Assembly: GCA_023515725.1 (NCBI GenBank)
Contig: JALDTO010000013.1
Span: 1 to 64,000, forward strand
Direction of reading: 5' to 3'
DNA: 64,000 bases
Source of the DNA: Amoeboaphelidium protococcarum X5
Taxonomy: Eukaryota > Fungi > Aphelidiomycota
Shown: positions 37,799 to 50,562 of the stretch, piece after piece
Position numbering within the stretch: the first letter of the stretch is position 1
How the letters are laid out: the number at the start of each line of letters is the position of its first letter
Translations under genes and position numbers: made by a program
Notes under the pieces: model-generated
Seen by the model: the letters and a program-made list of their open reading frames with translations, nothing else
Databases searched by the model: none
Told to the model about the DNA's origin: nothing

Positions 37799-40700
37799 TC
37801 AAAGCTAAGACAGCATTTGCTTCAGTGACTTGCCATTCTTCTCACAGTTATCAGCTAGAAACGTTTCCATCTCATGTCGAATCTGCTTCAACTTGAACAA
37901 TTGCAATTTGAAATCCAAATCTCGAGCGGCATCACCTTCTGACGAGTCATCCAGCGATAGAAGTACCTTAAACAGATGGACCCAAATATCCTTGTGCCAA
38001 TATCTTTTCCACGTCCTATGCATCAAATCATCAAAATAGCATTAACTGTCCCAGTGAGACGCATGCAGGCGCTATGGAACTTCCCAATACTTGCCGAAAA
38101 GCATCACAAACACACATCCTGCCAAGCCAACATAATCAATATCGTGACGCCATGGAAACCTTAATCTATCATCAAAAATTGTATTCTCACCAGCTTTACC
38201 ATGACCAGAATTTGACTTGGATCTCCACGATGTCTAAAATTTCACCGCTTCAACTTCATCTTTCTTAAACATGGACAAATCTACACTTTAACCAAAATCT
38301 ACACACAACAAACCCCTCCACAGCCATCCATTACAACCAGATTCTTCGTAACAACTAATCCATGGATCATTAACCATAGACTCAAGCAATGGATTAACTT
38401 TAACAGGAGGTGCCATTCTTAGCAGAAAATTGTCAGGCTTTATATCTCCGTGAATGATACCAGACTAATGCATCCTGTCCACCATACGAAGAAGTTCTAT
38501 AGTGAAGAACATCACAAGTAATTCATCCATTCCACCACCTCCAATAGTAGCTTTACTGCAGCGATTGACAGCATCCAGCAGCGTTCCCTTTCCAGCATAG
38601 TCCATGATAAGATAGCTCTCATCCTAATACAAATAGAAATTATGAGCCGATACAAACTGAAGCTTATCCACAGGATGATCTGAACGCATCGCCAATTGCT
38701 CCATAATGTAAAATTCCCAACAGCTCGGCGAATTGTGGATCTTCATGGCGACCTTCATCAATTAGCCATTTAGATCCTCATCAGCATGCTGTGACAGATA
38801 AACAGCCCCATACTATCCTTCTCCCAGCTTTTTCATCACAATGTACTCTTCTGCGCCGAGAGAGATCGTCATATGAGGATGAATCTTGGTGCTCATAGTT
38901 TTGCTAATAGCTCCTCCTTTACCAAACTTCATGCCAGACATGTCATTAAATTTACCACTTGAAGTGATGACAGACATTTATTGTTTCAAAAATGTCAGAA
39001 TACGTTGCTTGTCAGGCCACTCAACAACAGTAAAAGCTGTTTCCTCTTGCTGCTTCACAGACAGATTTTAAAACTTTTTTGTTGCATCCAAAGTCAGATC
39101 ATTTATGAGAGAATTTGAAGGATACTTTTGATAATGGGAGGTTATATTAGACACCGTAGGATCTGGAATGGCGGCGATATCAGGTATATTCAAAGTAAAA
39201 TTGGTATGATTATGATCCACAATAGACTAGACACTTAATTACCCTTGACGAGGCATCAAACCAAATGTGACATTATGGTTAGTCTCAGCTATGGAGTACA
39301 GAGAGTAATTATCACCAGCCTTGGACATTGTGGATAGAAGTGAGTTGGAGCCGCCAGTGGAAGATGTATGAGCAGATTTGGAATTACTGGACTTCTATAA
39401 TCGTGACGCTGAAGATGCACTCTTGCTATTAGTAGACTTGTATTCTGCACTCATTTCAGCAATAGGAGTCATAATGTCAAGACCGCGAGATGTCGTTGGT
39501 ACAGCTGCAGGAGGAGGCATATCCTCATAATCTTCCACTCTCGCACTTACAACTTTTTCATTCGCACCAGAAGCCTGGTCTTGGAGGAACATGTTATTCT
39601 GTGGCGCCGAAGAGTACTGCTTAAATGTCTCTCTAAAAGGAGAATCTCTCTCCTCTTCTGGCACGCCGTTACACGGGCTTGTGTTAGTTCCACCACTACT
39701 GCATTACTTAGGACTTTGAAAATCATTAGCAGCCGCTTCATCATCTTCGTCATCATTATAAAGCGCAGTTCCAGCCTTAAGCTTTATACCAGCAAATGAA
39801 AGCTTTCTATTGATCTACCTTTGACGCTCCTCTCGTCTTCGTTGCTCCTTCAGCTCTTTCTCCTTCTGATCACGCTCTAATTAGACTCTAATCTACTCCT
39901 ATTCATCCTGTTTACTCTATAGTACGTCGCCATCATTGTCATCTTAAAAGGGTTTAATCTAATCATTGCGTTCATATTAAGGAACTTCTTGATTGGTCAA
40001 TTGATCGCTAGGTTGTTCATCCTCATAAACCTCTAGAGCAGAGTTGAACAATTTCTACACAGGCAATCTCTCAATTATCGTACACGTCTTCTCCACTTCA
40101 TCATCTGCTAGATTAGTGATTGCACTTATAGCAGTCATATTGGTCTATGTGCCACAAAATTGAAAGCTATCATCATCGTCGTCATCATCAGATTAGTATT
40201 TAGACAGAGTAGCATTTATATTTCCACCAGTACTGAACACTGACATTATTTGACTGAGAGCAGTATCATTATGCTGAGTTGCATCATTAGCCGCAGAATG
40301 AGCCACTCTAGACTTTTGTTACTGCTATAACTTTTAAGCTCTAAACTATTCCACCACACGTCTATACTTGAGACTTCTAGCCTCTTCAAAAGACTAATCT
40401 CTGCCTTGAGAATTTACCACCAGATTGGTATCATAGCCGTGCACTTCACCTTAAGATTAAACATTAGCAGTGTCTTATCTATTAGAACTCTTACTTACTA
40501 AATTATCAACCATCTTTATATTAGGATTCTAATTTTCATGAGAGCCTCCAGCCAAATCATTAACATCAACATTCTAAGAATCAACCATCGCTTTATACGA
40601 AGCTCTAAGTCTATCTATTGGCTGAGCATTCTTCTACACGCCACGCTTTAACACCTGGATTGCCTTATCTCGTCTATGCAGTGATTTAACGCACACTCTA

Positions 40701-41080
40701 GCATACTCTTCATAAAACAACGCCAGCTCCGATCCAATACCTTTCCCCTCCAAGTAGGCAAATACATCTGCAGGACTATCAACTTGATGACTAAACTTTA
40801 TCCAAACCTTGAGATAGTTGAGATTCTGCTTATATCTGGAATCAGCTTTAAACACTTTAGTAGTCAACTCAAGGAGTGCCACATAATAGTCTCTAGCAGT
40901 CAAACTTTCCTCCTACTCAGACTCACAATAGAGAATGTGTCCCTTCTTAAAATACTAATTCATAACACGGTCAGGATTCTACTACTCCAAATAACTCAAA
41001 TACTCCAGGTAAATTACCAGCGGATCGTCATGACAAGAACTATTCCGAATCTATTACTCAAAATACTCCACTCTACTCAT
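37799..41080 (-). CDS. BUB1: Spindle checkpoint kinase Bub1
   Basis: N-terminal TPR DDPLVIYLEYLSYLEQ...YLKVWIKF...GIGSELALFYEEYA; GLEBS-like SFEEAR; kinase WEFYIM, IIHGDIKPDNFLL. Confidence 0.92.
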
Positions 41081-41260
41081 TATTAATTCAACAGATCCAG
41101 AATAATAATACAACAATCCAAAGTAGATTGAAATACAAAGCGCACTCAGCAGTTTTAGTGAGAGTTAAAGAGAGTGAGTAAATTAGTCGTGAATCAAAGC
41201 AATAACTGAAGAAACACCCAGAACTAAGACGGAGCGATAACAGTTGTTGAAACAAGAGAA

Positions 41261-41278
41261 GGCGCGCGTCAATTTGAA
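41261..41278 (+). promoter_or_regulatory. CDE/E2F-like plus CHR-like element in the BUB1-WEE1 divergent promoter
   Basis: GGCGCGCG-tcaa-TTTGAA, a 4-nt spacer as in animal CDE/CHR elements; short motif, function untested. Confidence 0.35.
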
Positions 41279-41538
41279 AAGTGTTTCAGCTCGTCCGACC
41301 TGTCGCGGCTGTCTGTCGTATTGTTTAGGAACAAAGTCAGTCAGTCAGTGAATACTGCAAAAAAGCATTTCTCTGCCGCTCAACTGCCAGCAGCTCTTCT
41401 AACTGACGCTTCAACTGTACAAACTTCATCATTTCCAACTCTGAAACAAGTCGCGTTTAAGAGACGCGTCACGTCTCTTCTGTTCTTACCTTTTATACAC
41501 TTTACTGTCAATTTTGGTACTGTAACGACTGTGTAGAG

Positions 41539-43602
41539 ATGACTAAAAATAATTAGTAGTAGTAGTAATAATAGCAAGTAAAGTAGACACCAAGTACTCC
41601 TAGTAAGAGGCATTCATTTATACTCAAGGCAATCTAGAATTAATAGTAATAGAATGGCGGTGGTAGTACTCAATCTACTCCCATACGATCCATAGCATAG
41701 AGTACGCCAATTTTGCATCGTTCTTAGCAATAGCAAGACTTGTAACTGTAATAATAGACTGCTTAATACTCCTTTGGCTTCAGCAATTCTGCAGCATTGA
41801 ATGGTATGAACATTGACGGCGGTGATTAGTCAGCATCTCGGTAGCAGTAGTAGTAGTAGTATTCACTTGTGTCCGAGAGTCCTCTCAGTAGTTGGATGTA
41901 GTAGGAGAGGACTATGAACTCTGAGACTCCTGTACATTCTGGAGTACTAACTTCGCGTCACTCTGTTGGATCTAGTAGTGAGCAGAGTAAATCCTTTTCG
42001 TCGTTATAATTGTCAAGGAATTTGCAGAATAATAATCTATTTCAATTTGAGACACCATCCAGATTATTGAATGGTAATGATGATGGATCGCGCGACTCCC
42101 TGCTGCAATGCCGAACTGAACCTATTCATAAGTCTGAAATGTTTTTACTCAATAGAAATAGAAATAGTTATAGTAGTCCTCAGCAGTTATCATAAGTTGG
42201 CGATCATGATAATAATAATTGCTCCTTGCGTGGTAATAAGGAAAACTCTGTAAATCTACTTGATCGCCTGATGCAATGTGGATCTGATTTGAATGATGGT
42301 GATGATGATGATGGTATGGAAGATGATTCTGACAGTGACGGATTCCAGAGCCCACATTTCTCTTCACATTATAATCTTGGTGGAACTAATAATAATGGAA
42401 TGTCAAAATTTAGTAGAAGGTAGAGATTGTCTGGTTTCACTACCTCAATGGTAAATATGCCGTCAGAGACGAGATAGATGGAGCTAGATCATGAGGATAA
42501 TGATCATAGTGACGATGGTGATAACATTTTTGCGCACGATTACGTTCTATCTGTGCCTAGATAGTCTAGTTCTGATTAAATGCAGGACATCAATTACTCG
42601 TCATCGTCATGGTGCAGTCCACATGTTAATCTTTTGAATTCTTAATACTTTAATCTTCTAGATCATGATGACTATGTTACAAGTCGTGTTGATATCATTG
42701 ACACTGCGTAAGATTATTTGGACAGGCAATATGATGTCATCAGCAAGATTGGTTCAGGGTAATATGCTGAAGTTCTTCTTGTAAAGTCTCGACCAGATGG
42801 AAATTTGTATGCTTTAAAGCGAGCTTTTATCCCATACAGTGGTGCTAAAGATCGTTTGAATGCCATTAAAGAAGTTGAAATTCTCTTGCGTCTTCGTTAG
42901 AATTAGAATTATATTTCTAGTTATGCTTAATCTGACAATCCAATTAAGGTCAATGTAATTAAAATGCATGAAGCATGGGAGTAGGCTGGTATATTGTTCA
43001 CTGTTACAGAGTATTGTTCTCGAGGTACATTGTCCGATTTTATAGTATAAAGTTAGAGCATATTATAGTTTGAGTTATATTCTGTGGCATTTTAGATTGC
43101 TTCAGGTCTTTAATACATACACAGCTTGAATATTGTACATTTGGACTTGACTCCCTTCAATATACTATTGGCTGCAGATGGAACGTGGAAGATTGCAGAT
43201 TTTGGTCTATCTGAACTTTGTTATACTGCCGAATCGTCGAGTAATGATATAAAAGATAGAGCTGTGTTGGGCAGAATGCTTGAAGGTGATAGAAGATATA
43301 TTGCACCTGAAGTTTTGAATGGAGATTATCTACCAGTACCGGCGACTGATGTGTTCATGTTTGGATTGATGCTGTTGCAAATGACAACCATGTCTCATAA
43401 ACAACTACCTGACAATGGTCCTGAATGGACTAGGCTGAGGAATGAAGATTTTTCATAGGTGGTATGGCGATAAGATATATCATTGAAGTTGTAACAATTC
43501 GTCACCACGAAGCTTTTAAGACGTAATTTTGAAGATCGCGCATTGGCACTGGAGCTGGTGTAGTTTTTTCAAGAGTAGCAGAGTCGTCTAAATAGTCACT
43601 GA
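41539..43602 (+). CDS. WEE1: Wee1/Myt1-family protein kinase
   Basis: Low-complexity N-terminus; IGSGQYAEV, YALKR, EAWEQ, HLDLTPFNILL, KIADFG, family-typical EGDRRYIAPE. Confidence 0.85.
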
Positions 43603-43696
43603 ATAAATAAATGAATGAATATACTTTTTAACCGTATATAAAACGTTGTAATGATATCCGATACAAAAATTTGACAAAAACTGCATTTATTCCAAT

Positions 43697-44965
43697 TCAT
43701 TGACCTTCATGCTGAGATAAATTTTGATTGCTCGCATGTGACTGAACTTGCTACTGCTGCTGCTATTAGAACTATTACTGTTGAAGATTCCCAGGTAAAT
43801 TATCAGCAGAACTCAACAAAGATGATGATACGTAATCTGATCGGTCAATGATGGAATGTTAATTCAACAACTTACACTCACCGCCATTCTCCAAATCAAT
43901 CTAATACTACAAATACCATCCATTTGAGGTGCACACTATAACCTACGGCAAAGTATTTGACAATGCAGCAATGCACCGAAACTTGGAACCATATCCCACC
44001 GATGCACTACCGCCAGATTAAGATGCAGATGCAGATGATGATGATGATTATTTAGTCAAAAGTGCAGAAGGCAATTTAATAAAGGCAAAGTCTCGCACAG
44101 GCTCAATCATCTCTGATAATATCTCTGGCAGATATGAGCCAACCACAGCGCTCCCAGTGCCGAAAGCTCTACTCAGACGGAAGATATGTATGGTCTGACT
44201 GCCAGACACTACACAAATCATGTTACTCTAGCTATTAAATGAGATATACTGAATCTTTGCCGATGTTGATCCCCTCCTGAACTAATACAATCTGCGACCA
44301 TCTGGTACTGAGAATACTCTGATCACTGTGCCCTTCTCAGAACTTGTGGCCAGTAGAGATCCATCTTGATTCATGGCCAGGTAGGATAGCGTGCTCTTGT
44401 GTGCCTAGATGATATTCACAGTCTACAGAGTGTTGGCATCAAATATCAACACTTCTCCCGTAAGATTATTCGCCGGATACGCCACGTAGCAGTTCTCACT
44501 ACTGGAGGCCATCGCTATAACACCCCTTGGATTGGGTGATGTATCGATCGTATGCAGCAGCTTCATATTACTGATATCATATACGTGAACACTGTTCTCA
44601 AGCACTACCAGCAACCGCCTCCTATTCAACTTTACCGCAACCACGGTGGTGACAAAGTTCAATTCACAAATCACACTCTACCTTTTGGTGTTGATCAACT
44701 ACAGCCGCCTAGGACTATACTAAGGATGAATACCAGCACCAACCAGGGCCACTAAAGAGGTGGTAAACAGCATCTCGGCAATCCCAATTCCACCATCATT
44801 ACTCTGAAAACAGCATGTAAAAGGGTCATTATTGTAAATCTTGTATCCGATAGATGTTCCCACAGCAAAGCATGACTGGTCCTGATTAAAACTCAGATGC
44901 AGAATATCATACTTGTCTCTAGTATCAATGCTAAGTTGACTACTATTAGATCTATCCAAACTCAT
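43697..44965 (-). CDS. ATG18: PROPPIN autophagy protein Atg18/WIPI
   Basis: [47 protein letters not shown]. Confidence 0.95.
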
Positions 44966-45279
44966 TATAATGATTGATTTATTTATTAAAATATAAATCC
45001 AAATAATTAAAGGTAGAAATAGTTGAGTTTGATTCCACACACAATATGCTGTATTGTAATAAAGAAGTGACTGACTGACGAAAGAGTAAACAGAAGAACT
45101 GAGAGCGTGTGAGCGATCACTTGACATTTTACAAAACCGTGTTCCGGTGGAGTTCATCACATCTTCAGCATGCTTCATAAGATTCTTCAAGTATGATACA
45201 TACTCATTAAGTTCAAAGTCAAACTTAAATAGCAAATGTGCATAAGCCTGGTGAATCGTAAGAATTATCATAGAATTCA

Positions 45280-47772
45280 TCACGACTAGTTTTGATTAAG
45301 CACATTGCCGATTGCACTGACACTGCCGAGTCTATTCTTCAGAGTGACAAATGCAGAAGATTGAGGCAGGAGCATCAAGACGCCGTATAGACACTTGTAC
45401 AAGGCGGAGTATTTGGATGGTTGTAGTAACTGCAGGCGCATATAAGCAAACGATGGTGACTCCAAAAGTTGGACCAACTTGTCTAACTGAACCAATTCCG
45501 AGATTGAGATTCCACTTTCAGCCATCCTGTTAATTAACTGAGCGCCATCTTCATACTATTGGGATATGAGACAGAGTGATAACAATGATACAGAGTCTGA
45601 TGACCAGCAATCGTACAGAACTTTGTACAATCCTGACTGATGACTTTAAGACACGCCCAGCTAATTGGTTTGTTGCAGGTATCTACGCAAGTCGGATAGC
45701 TCGGAACAAGTCATCAGTAGAACATTCAAATGCCTCACCATGTTCACAATAAAAGATGCATCTTGTTATACATTTCTCGCATTATTGCCCAGTATTGAAT
45801 CTTAATTCTAGTACGTGGCAAGCAACTACGCTGCAATACTGCCATAAACTTGGCTTGGACTAGATTACGTGCACAATCTTCTGATAATCAAAGATCCTCT
45901 CTTCTCCAATAATTACTTATCAGTGGAAAAAAGCTATAGTATAGATTTAATCACCAGTTAAAATTCTTCATTAACAGAATCACCTACAAACTGTGATTCA
46001 CTAGATTCACGATACAGAGCCTTCTTCTGACCATCATTATTATCACCATCATTCGTCAGCCCAGCCCGTTAACGACAAATCAAAGACAGTAAATCTAAAT
46101 CTTTAACCACCACCCGTTCAGAGACATCAGTCAATAGCTGAATTAAAGCCGGGAAAGTTGAAGATTTCTCTGCCTCAAATATCAATCTGCCATCACCAAT
46201 ATTCTTCTACAAATCCACCAGCCACTCAAGACTCTCCGCTCTGGTCAGCTCACTCTCACTAAGAAAGAGTAGTGTCAGAGAATCAATAATTTAATCCAAC
46301 TTCAACTACTCTGGCAGAGTTAGTGAAGAAATTACCAACTTTTTCATTTCATTATTACACTGTGCTGCAATTTCTCTTATATCCAAATAACTATGATCAA
46401 TACATGGTAAAGTGACAGATATCATCTTGGGCATTGCCGGTAATACCTGCTTGCCATCCAATCTGACAAGTGTCTTTATCCACTCAATGGCAATCTACTG
46501 AGTCTTTTGATTTATAATTGGCTATTTTCTGACTAAAGACAGTTCATCCAGTGACTGAGGGCTAATATGAGGCAACAAAATGTCAATCAACTATAGAAAT
46601 GATAGGTGTACACCTTAATGAGACTTTTCTCCCTACTCAACAAATTCTTCATGATCATTATGCTACGACCGGGCATTCTACTACACTACTTGTTATCCGC
46701 TATTCTAAGTCTATGTTACAATCTCGGAGCTGCTTTCAATTAATTAATGAGAGTAAATGGAACTTATTTCATTCAAGAGTTCAGCAAGTAAATTAACAGC
46801 CGTATCAGAAACTTCATCATCTTTATCTTATTAATGACCAACCATCAACAGGAGACCATCCAAAAAGTATATTAAATAAGAGATTAGCTCAAATTACGGC
46901 ACTGAATCCAGGGATTAAAGCCATTTAAGTAAAAATAGACGAGCTTGAGTATTCTAAGAGTATATTCGAGTGCTGAGTAATGGAACAAATCTATCCAGCC
47001 TGAAATTACTCCATCCCGTCAATCTCATCAAAGGATCACTCTGAGCACCATCACTCTGCACAGACTACTTTCTCTACTATTACTTTTATTATTAAGATTA
47101 TTACTAAGCGACATGGTCCACTTTCAAGCGACCACTCTATTTAGTCTTGACATTACTAACGATATCCAAAACTTGATTCACAACCAGCCATCCTCCATTA
47201 CGCACAGAGTTCTCAGAGTCACTGACTATTGTCAACAGAATGTCAAACAGCTCATTAAAATATCCACATACAATATACTAGTGAGACTTGATGATGTTAT
47301 ACAGAGTTTCTGTGGCATAATACTTTGTCCGTGAATCAGTATCTGTAAGAAGATTGAGAACTGGTGGAACTATCTGATGTATCAGCTCAGACTCTTGGGG
47401 AATACATATGGAGACGGCAGCCATTGCAATAAGTCCGCCATTGCGCATATGAGACGATGTCACATTCTGCATGAACTCACTCTTGATAAAATTTAGAATT
47501 TTGACCACCCTCTAGTACTGAGTCTCCTGACCGGAATTCAGAAGGTCCCTAACAATCTTTTCAACTTCAAGAGCACCCTACTTCCTCTTGTCATAAAACT
47601 TGTCTCCAAGCTATCTAAGTATCTATTGTGGAATCAAGTCTTATTGATTAATACTTATAGAAGCACTACTACTGTTCAAACTCTTGGCATCAACACCTCC
47701 ACCAGTGGCACTGATGTTAACATTAGCACCACCACTTCCTCCAGTATTCTAGTTGCCAGCACTCTGAGACAT
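45280..47772 (-). CDS. VAC14: PIKfyve/Fab1 complex scaffold Vac14
   Basis: [67 protein letters not shown]. Confidence 0.94.
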
Positions 47773-48092
47773 TTTATTATATCTAGAATTTATCTTTTAA
47801 TAAAAACCTTTAATTTGAAGATTCTAGGTGAAGAATATACCGTTCCTCGTGCAAAAAGAAACAAACTACCAGTAAAGACCGTCAAATGTTCTCTCTTTCT
47901 TTATCTCTTCTTTCTCCCTTTAACGCTTCCTTGTATGAAACTCTCTCTTACTGTTTCTCTCTCAGAAAATCAATACAATGCGGCGATCGCTTCTCTTTGC
48001 TCGTTCTGCGTTTCGATCAAGGTAAGATATTCTACTCTGATCGAATATCTTTTTCATTGCAATTTTGTGAATTGTGTAAAAGTGAATTAAAT

Positions 48093-49451
48093 ATGCGACT
48101 CTTTGTGCGTGTATCGTTCTTTGAAGGGACGCGTATAGAGTTTGAGAATTGTCGTGCTTATAATTTAGCAGAAGTGGATAAACTCGTCGTGATAGATTAA
48201 GGGCACCAATACGTGTACGTGGTGAACAATGATGATGAGAGTATCGCTGATATGGCGAGTAAGTTGTTTAATGGACTAAGTAATGATTTATCGACTAGAC
48301 TAGAAGACTTCATAGTTGCTTGCATCGATACTTAGAATATATTAAAAGATTCATTATAGTTGTATTATTATGCTGGAGATGTTAATGCGCGATAGAATAC
48401 TGTTTTTAGAGATGGAGATTACATCAAGTTGATATTTTGTGTTGATCCTTATAAAGAGTAATATCGGAGTTAAATGTTATAAGAGTCTTTAATGAATCAA
48501 GCTAAAGGTAATCTAGGCAGTAAATAGTTTGATCAGTAATCCAATTTCTCTGATAATGGGGAAGATTAATCGCCTGAGGAAGTTCCCATCACCATGTCAC
48601 GACCAGATCCATCTAGGCCGCCAAGTAAAAAAGTAGCTAAAAAGTGGCAAACTTTGGCTGCGAATAACGTACTGACAAATATTGTCATTAGAGATGTTGG
48701 TGGATATACTGATTTTTCAAGTTAGTAATTGAATGTGCCATTTGAAGGAGACGCGTTTTCTATTATGGATTTGGTGTTATTAGATCAGGATATATAGAGC
48801 TAGATTAACAAAAATGATCGAACTATAACGCGTTCATACTCTTGGAATAAGGTTCTAGCTTCTACGGAAGCGCAATACTATTAGAAAGATTCCGCTCAAG
48901 ATGATTATCATGTTGATGATGATGATGATTTTAAAGTAAGGCATGTTAAGAGTTCAGTACTTGAATAAAACGGTAAAAGAAGAGCTGAGACAGATGGTGA
49001 TTATGACGACGCTCCTAATTCATCTTCCGCTACGTATAGCACGGATATGCTCAATGATGTGATAGATGACCACGACATTGATATAGACATGCTTATATCA
49101 TTGAACGACTTCAGCAATGTAGAGGTTGGCTCTTCGCTGGCCTTCAAGACTTTGGAAATGAATCAACACACATGTTGCCCGTATTGGACAGATTGGCGAT
49201 ACGGACGTGTTGTCACAGTAAATTCTTTAACTAGTGTCGATGTAAAGTTGCAATGTGTGCGTTAGAGTACCAGTTTATAAGTCCCTAAGCGATAGTCGCG
49301 CAAGAGAAAATCTAAGAGTTCTTTGCTTCTGGCTGGTAATAATGCCAATGACTAATTGGTCTGTTCTGCTGCGGATTAAATTTTGAGTCTTGAAGTTAAT
49401 TAAACGACTACTATCCGATGTCTATCAATTAAAAAAGCAGCTATTGAATGA
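48093..49451 (+). CDS. Coilin-like protein
   Basis: N-domain ending VFRDGDYIKL; C-terminal Tudor-like VGSSLAFKTLEMNQHTCCPYWTDWRYGRVV resembles coilin GDKIAFKLLEL...SDYKEGRI. Confidence 0.65.
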
Positions 49452-49554
49452 GTTGAGTGCATAATAGAGAAAAATTCATTTGATACGTTACCTTTATTAC
49501 TTTAAATAAAATTTTACATTCTCCGTCGGAAGCCAATACACTCAATTGTTAAAC

Positions 49555-50562
49555 TCATTGCGGCAGACGCGAATAGATTAAGCCTTGTTCACGCTACTTG
49601 CGACGACGATAATAGAACCCACCGCCAATAATAGCTCCGACAATTACCAGGGCCATGATCACCATACCGGCGATAAGTCCAGCATTGACACCACCACTAG
49701 CATCATCAACACTACTACCAGGATTATAGTCGTTCAACTAACGTACATCGTTGACATGAGCATAACCTTTCAAACCGGTGGATGGTATGGTCTAGACGTC
49801 ATAAGCAAAACCGCCGCGATCATTGTCGACCAGATCAAACTAGACATCCGCGTCCTACACAGCCTTCTTCAACTCTTCCAATCTACCATCCACTAAGAAA
49901 GCCGGCACCTGAACAATCACTTCTCCCTTGTTCTTTTTAGACAAAAAGTTGCCAAATTGAGCCAAAAATACAGAGCTACGAGGTAGATCCATCCTCTTTT
50001 CAACAGCTTAAACAATATGGTTGATATCTTTTGCCTCACGCGAGTATTCAAGTGGCTCGCGATTAATAGAGAAAAGATTCATTTCCATCAGCAGGTACAC
50101 AAACTCAGAAACTGGGTCACAGAAATCTTTCGCCAAGATGCTATTACATGTGCCATCTTGGTCGACACTGTCATAATAAAATACAGCATTAGACGCGTGA
50201 TCTTTGTCAACACTGACCAGAGTCTGTGCGGCGAGCTCGTTAGGCTCAAATCTGGCCTTTGGAGCCTTGGAAAAGAAGTCCTTCTTTTGACATGGCAATT
50301 CCACAGGGTGAGTAGTCAGCTTACTCTTTAAATTGGTAATCTTACATTCGTACTTGTCCTTAGACTCATTACATGAGGTCTGATAACTTGTTTTGAAGGA
50401 GGTGGAAGACGAAGAGCAAGTTTTAGTACCAGTCTTGTATTCTAGAGAGTATTGAGCGGGACATGTCTAGATAACGGCACAAATAGGCTCACTCTCACTT
50501 ATCGACACTGCTTTACGATCGCCGACAGCGAAATTCCATTGATGAGGTACACCCTTTTCCAT
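49555..50562 (-). CDS. Hypothetical type I membrane protein (N-terminus uncertain)
   Basis: Cys-containing ectodomain, TM GLIAGMVIMALVIVGAIIGGGFYY, RRRK stop-transfer, tail YSRL (YxxPhi). Confidence 0.7.

Noticed and set aside
41845-41860. (TAG)n microsatellite or stop-codon array (also 11613-11627 on minus)
   Set aside because: These are in-frame poly-Gln tracts under table 6.
44966-45283. Long upstream extension of ATG18 in the ORF track
   Set aside because: It crosses the VAC14 3' end and AT-rich promoter-like DNA; Atg18 similarity begins after ATG 44965.
47626-48090. 154-aa plus-strand ORF
   Set aside because: Antisense to the VAC14 5' end and running through a pyrimidine-rich promoter; no ATG start and no recognisable motif.
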